A DNA stretch of 28,395 bases from Octopus sinensis. Its lineage: Eukaryota. The notes below the pieces were generated by a model, which did no database searches, was not told the origin of the DNA, and was given only the letters and a program-made list of their open reading frames with translations. The stretch spans positions 1 to 28,395 of the forward strand of contig NW_021827520.1 in NCBI RefSeq assembly GCF_006345805.1, in the 5' to 3' direction. How positions within the stretch are numbered: the first letter of the stretch is position 1; every line of letters begins with the position of its first letter. Positions 23,691 through 28,395 of this stretch are shown here, one piece after another. The position numbers and the translations under genes are program-made.

Positions 23691-25269
23691 TCTCTTCAGA
23701 CATGTTTTCAAACTGCCTTTCGGAGATCTAAGTGAAATAAGTTTAAACTACATTAAAGTCTAATTTTTGGATATCTTTTCATACGTTGAGTTGGAGGTTT
23801 GCCCACACAAGATCCAGACGATTGAAAGTTTTTATCAGATTATTTTATTTTATTTTATATTTTCTTTATTTTGTCTGCACACCCGTAAAACCTGGAGAGG
23901 AGTTGAATCGAGCAAAACCAGACAGCATGAAGGTCGATGTATTTCCACGGAATTTAAATAGAAAAGCAGAAAGCTCACAGAAACATTTTGCCACGAAGTA
24001 CATGCTCTTTGGAGAGGAAAGATCTTAAGCGTTCTGTAGACAATGACGCTGAGAAATGCGGTTTTAACGAACAGCGCTAGTGTGAATTAAAGTACTTTGT
24101 TTCAGTACCCTTCTGGGAAGTAGAATCGAAATCTCGACCATGAACAGACTATTATTCATTGATGAGTTTGGATCTGCTATTACCTTTGAAAGATATCAGT
24201 TGTGCAACAAGAGACGATAATGGTGAGAAATAAGAGTAAACTTAAATAATGAACGAGGAAAGATGACATGGGGATATGCAGAAATTCACAGAGAGAGGAG
24301 GAGAAGGAAACAAAGAATGAAAGATAGAACGGGGGAGCGAGAGGAAGACAAGAAGCAGACACACTGAGACAGACATAAAGACAGCTATGCGTACGTTCAC
24401 AAGCAAACATATTATACATAGACACTGGGGAAATATGAAGAGATGTTTTAAGAAAGAAGAGAAGCAGACGAGCAAAACAGAGTGACGGGAAGGAAGAGGA
24501 AACACAGAAACTATATCGTCGTAGTTTGGCAATAACTCCATTAGCAAGCTACGGCGTTAACAGTCAACCGATTCCTTAGCATTTGCAGTAAGAACACAAA
24601 CAGTAACAGCAGCTACATCAACAATAACAACAACAACAACAACAAAATCAGTGACAGAAATGACGACGTGAAGGAGAGTGCAGCGATTTGCTTGTTATTT
24701 TTCGTCTTCAGGGGTTACGTTTCCTCCGCCCAGCCATTTCTTCCATCACCCCACCCACCCACCCACCCACGACTATTTCCCCTCCACCCCTGAGATCGAC
24801 TGACATGTTATCCTCTCTTCTTTCACCTTTCTTTCATTCTTTCTTCAAAGTTATTACACCTGACAGTTTTAATGTTTTTTCAATACACCTGTCGAATCCG
24901 CCTTCCCAGCATGCTTTGTTGCTCTCTCGATGCAGCAGACAGCAAATGTAATCGTTACACTTGTTGCATGCAAAGGCTTCAAAACTTCAAAGCAAATATT
25001 AGCCGTCTTACCCCACAAACACACCCATCATTCTCTAACCCTTCACACACACACACACACACACACACACAAATACAAACACACACATATCCTCTCGGTA
25101 GAAGACAGCTTGAAAAGTCTATGAGTACGCATCTACCTTTTCAGACTAAACGATGTCAAAGAGAACTTTTAATCTTTTTGGCGGTTCCGATGGAATTTCC
25201 TTTGACTCTTGTTTGCAACATATCTAAGCATCTTGCATTTATCAAACACCATTCATCAAGTTGGCACCA

Positions 25270-25325
<56 letters not shown>

Positions 25326-25344
25326 ATCTATCTATATATCTATA

Positions 25345-25400
<56 letters not shown>

Positions 25401-25402
<2 letters not shown>

Positions 25403-25540
25403 CGCAGGAGTGGCTGTGTGGTAAGTAGTTTGCTTACCAACCACATGGTTCCGGGTTCAGTCCCACTGCGGGTACCTTAGACTGGTGTTTTCTAGTATAG
25501 TCTCGGGCCGACCAAAGCCTGAAAGAAGCCTGTCGTATAT
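25401..25540 (+). mobile_element. SINE family 2 head module
   Basis: ggcgcaggagtggctgtgtggtaag immediately after (TA)n. Confidence 0.85.
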
Positions 25541-25599
25541 ATATATATATACACACACACATATATATGTGTGTGTGTGTATTATGTTTATATATTTCT

Positions 25600-25850
25600 T
25601 TTATTCTTTAACTTGTTTTAGTCATTTGACTGCGGTCATGCTGGAGCACCACCATAAAGCGATTTGTGGTCGAAGAAATCGCCCTCCCTCCTCCAGGACT
25701 TCATCTTTGCAAGCCAAGTACTTATTCTATCATTGACTTTTGTCGAACCGCTAAGTTACAGGGACGTAAACACACCAACATCGGTTGTCAAGCGACGGTG
25801 GTGCGATGCGGGGTGGGGGGGACAGGGACACTAAGACATACACACACATG
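25600..25850 (-). mobile_element. SINE family 2 3' module, inverted relative to the head at 25401
   Basis: Homologous to 1700-1905 in the same (minus) orientation. Confidence 0.8.
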
Positions 25851-25977
25851 AATATGTATATATATATTAATAAAATATAAGGAGCCAGCGTGGAAACCAA
25901 TTAAGGAAAAACATTTTTTACAAGGTATATAATTGTTTCCTTTATATATAAAATACAATATAATATCAAGGGTTATT

Positions 25978-26090
25978 ACTTTTCATCCTTCCAGGGTCGA
26001 TAAAATAGAGTACAAGTTAAGCACCGGGGTCGATCCAATCGACTGGACCCTCGCACGTGTCAGGTGTTGTGGATATAGTAGAAAGGATTA
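25978..26090 (+). mobile_element. 5'-truncated SINE family 1 fragment
   Basis: cttttcatccttccagggtcgataaaatagagtac ... agtagaaaggattat. Confidence 0.7.
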
Positions 26091-26572
26091 TAGCTCAAAC
26101 ACACATCGCCCGAACGCACGTGTCTCTGTGTGCAACTTAACACAGAACACATATACAACAAATATGTATAGTAACAGTCGACAAAATTATTTGCTAACTG
26201 CTTGCCCGTTGTTCTGTTCACACATAGTCAAGTAACACTTTTCTGTTTCCCATGCCATGACATACAATGGATTTCTTTTAAAATGCGCACTCACGCACCA
26301 GTCCAACTTATTAATAAAATGACATTTGATACATGAAATACTTTACATCTGGCATCAACTAAGCTCGCTCACATTTGATATCGCACATCTGTTATAAATA
26401 TGGGGGTATAGCATTGTACGCTTATATATGATATCACATCTGCTAATGTATAACTTGAAGGGTTTTTGTAAACCCTTTACATGTGGCAACTTATATAAAT
26501 CCTTTTAGCTATATCCGCACATCTGATGTATATAAGCTTGAAACTTGGCTTATATCTGCCTGTAGCATCTAT

Positions 26573-26848
26573 GTTTGTTCCTTCTTGAGCCATGCCTGGC
26601 TCATAAGGGCCGGTTTCCCAGTTTCTTGGCGTATAGGTTCCCCACCTGGACAGGACGCCAGTCCGTCGTATATGAGCTGCAAGTTGTGGTGAAAGAGTCA
26701 GCAGAAGTTCGCCATTACCTTCTGCCGGAGCCGCGTGGAGCTTAGATGTTTTCGCTCATAAACACACACATCGCCCGGTCTGAGATTCGAACCCGCGATC
26801 CCTCAACCGCGAGTCCGCTGCTCTAGCCACTAGGCCACGTGCCTCCAC
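26573..26848 (-). mobile_element. tRNA-derived SINE (family 4 head, alternative tail)
   Basis: Head matches 14727-14900 through ctctttcaccacaact. Degenerate 12-bp TSD tgtagcatctat (26561-72) / tgtggaatctat (26850-61), 10 of 12 identical. Confidence 0.85.
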
Positions 26849-27510
26849 TTGTGGAATCTATTCATAAGATGCTAAGATGACAGTTACAACACTGAGTAGA
26901 TTACATGTGGTAGTTAAACATTTACGAACCTGTCATCTTTCTTCTGCTAAATACTCCGTATAGATAAATACTCCGTATGAAATCTATAGAGCTGGTATGT
27001 ATTGATATGTACTGACCTTCACGAACCTAGCATCTTATGTCATATATTTGGTAAATGTTTATGCCCACATATTTGACATCTACACATTTGGTATAACATA
27101 TCTGATTCAATCATCTTATTTGCAAACCCCAAACATTTGTCATATTACTTAATGTAATCTAGCATCGTAAATCTAGTTATCAAAGGTTCACTGCCTTACA
27201 AAGTAGAGTACATACTATAATGTATATTGTTGACATTTGATTGACATTTCACAAGTGTTATACTTCGAGTAGATCTGCACATCTGGTATCTATAAATTTG
27301 ACATATGTCTCATTGCGAAATCTGTTTATATGGACAAGTAAACATTTACGACCTTGGTTCAACATATCTGGTATCTGAACATTTACATACCTTTCTTCTG
27401 TTGTTAATATCATATATTTCGTTAAAAATCACCAGCTAGCGAGAATTTCATCATTATCTAGACATACCTGGAGACTAAAGAATGTGCAGTATCTATTTTG
27501 TAAACAGAAA

Positions 27511-27640
27511 ACTGGCGGAGTCAAAAAAGCGCCGGAGAGAATGCCTTGCGGTATTCGCACTTTCTCTCTGAGCTTTGAGTTCAAGTCCCGTCTGAGATAC
27601 CTTTGCTTCTCCTCCTTTCGAGATTGATAAAAATCATGTA
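27511..27640 (+). mobile_element. Highly degenerate SINE family 1 head remnant
   Basis: gcgccggagagaatgccttgcggtattcg and gagttcaagtcc resemble the family 1 head. Confidence 0.45.
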
Positions 27641-27952
27641 GCTGTTTTGTAAAGAAGTCGACTCCTCTCTATAATATCTCTTTCTCCGTCCCCCCCCTCT
27701 TGCTCTCTCCTTCTTACTGTTTTCTGGAAGAAATCGAGATGGGAGTTCCTGCCACGTATGATGCCAAAGACAAGCTGCATATAACAACGGGACCACCACG
27801 AATGCATACATACATGCATACATACATACATATATATATTTATACAAACATACAAACATACGTACATACATACCTATCTATCTACCAACCTATCTATATG
27901 TCTACCTACCTACCTACACCTACATACATACATACATACATACATACATACA

Positions 27953-27984
<32 letters not shown>

Positions 27985-28237
27985 CATTACAGCAGGCTGC
28001 AAATTTAGGCTTAATATCAGTTTGAAGCAGTTTTTCGGTTTCAATGGCGTATAAATTCAACACCTGGACGGGACGCCGGCCCCTCGCAGGATTACTTATT
28101 TTTGCCAGCTGAGTGGACTGGAGCAATGCGAAATGAAGTGTTTTGCTCAAGAACACAACACGTCGCCCGATCCAGAAACTGAAACTACAATCTCACGATC
28201 ATGAGTCCAACACCCTAACCACTAAGCCACGCGTCTC
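27985..28237 (-). mobile_element. tRNA-derived SINE with CORE-like centre (family 3 head, alternative tail)
   Basis: Minus start gagacgcgtggcttagtggttagggtg; centre as in family 3; followed by (ATGT)n. Confidence 0.8.
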
Positions 28238-28395
28238 TACGAGTAAATATCCATTTCAGAGACGGTCATCAGGAGCCAGCTGACTCTGGGACATGTTACA
28301 TCAGGTTTTATCACGCTTTGCAGTAAAGATTGAGATCACTACTCATTAGCCAATGCTAACCATTGTTTGCTGTATCATGATTGACCTAGGGTTAT

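Noticed and set aside
23786-24028. Non-repetitive ORF tail VKPGEELNRAKPDSMKVDVF...
   Set aside because: The upstream pyrimidine tract lacks a suitably placed AG, and the peptide is unrecognisable.
24698-24712. Minus-strand CTGAAGA-C-GAAA
   Set aside because: There is no stem II, stem III or cleavage triplet in register.
28240-28277. Minus-strand CTGATGA-8 nt-GAAA hammerhead-like core
   Set aside because: The intervening ccgtctct cannot form stem II, and no stem I partner follows.

Overview
AT-rich, microsatellite-dense eukaryotic DNA. The SINE families look like those I recognise from octopod cephalopods (inference from recalled repeat sequences; not searched). I cannot support any host protein-coding exon, tRNA or rRNA gene: almost all supplied ORFs are translated microsatellites or transposon pieces, so the window is probably intronic or intergenic. 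It holds about 20 tRNA-related SINE copies or fragments from at least four head types (three with perfect target-site duplications (TSDs), one with a degenerate one), one RTE-type LINE 3' fragment, two decayed restriction-like-endonuclease (R4/Dong-type) LINE 3' fragments, two MITEs, two copies of an (ATT)n-embedded non-coding element and a 24-bp minisatellite. The best discoveries are a complete minimal type I hammerhead ribozyme motif with a palindromic stem III at 1436-1518 (Penelope-like architecture) and two non-repeat stretches strongly enriched for one short motif: TGTCA/TGACA at 11642-12424 and ACATNTG E-boxes at 26322-27307.
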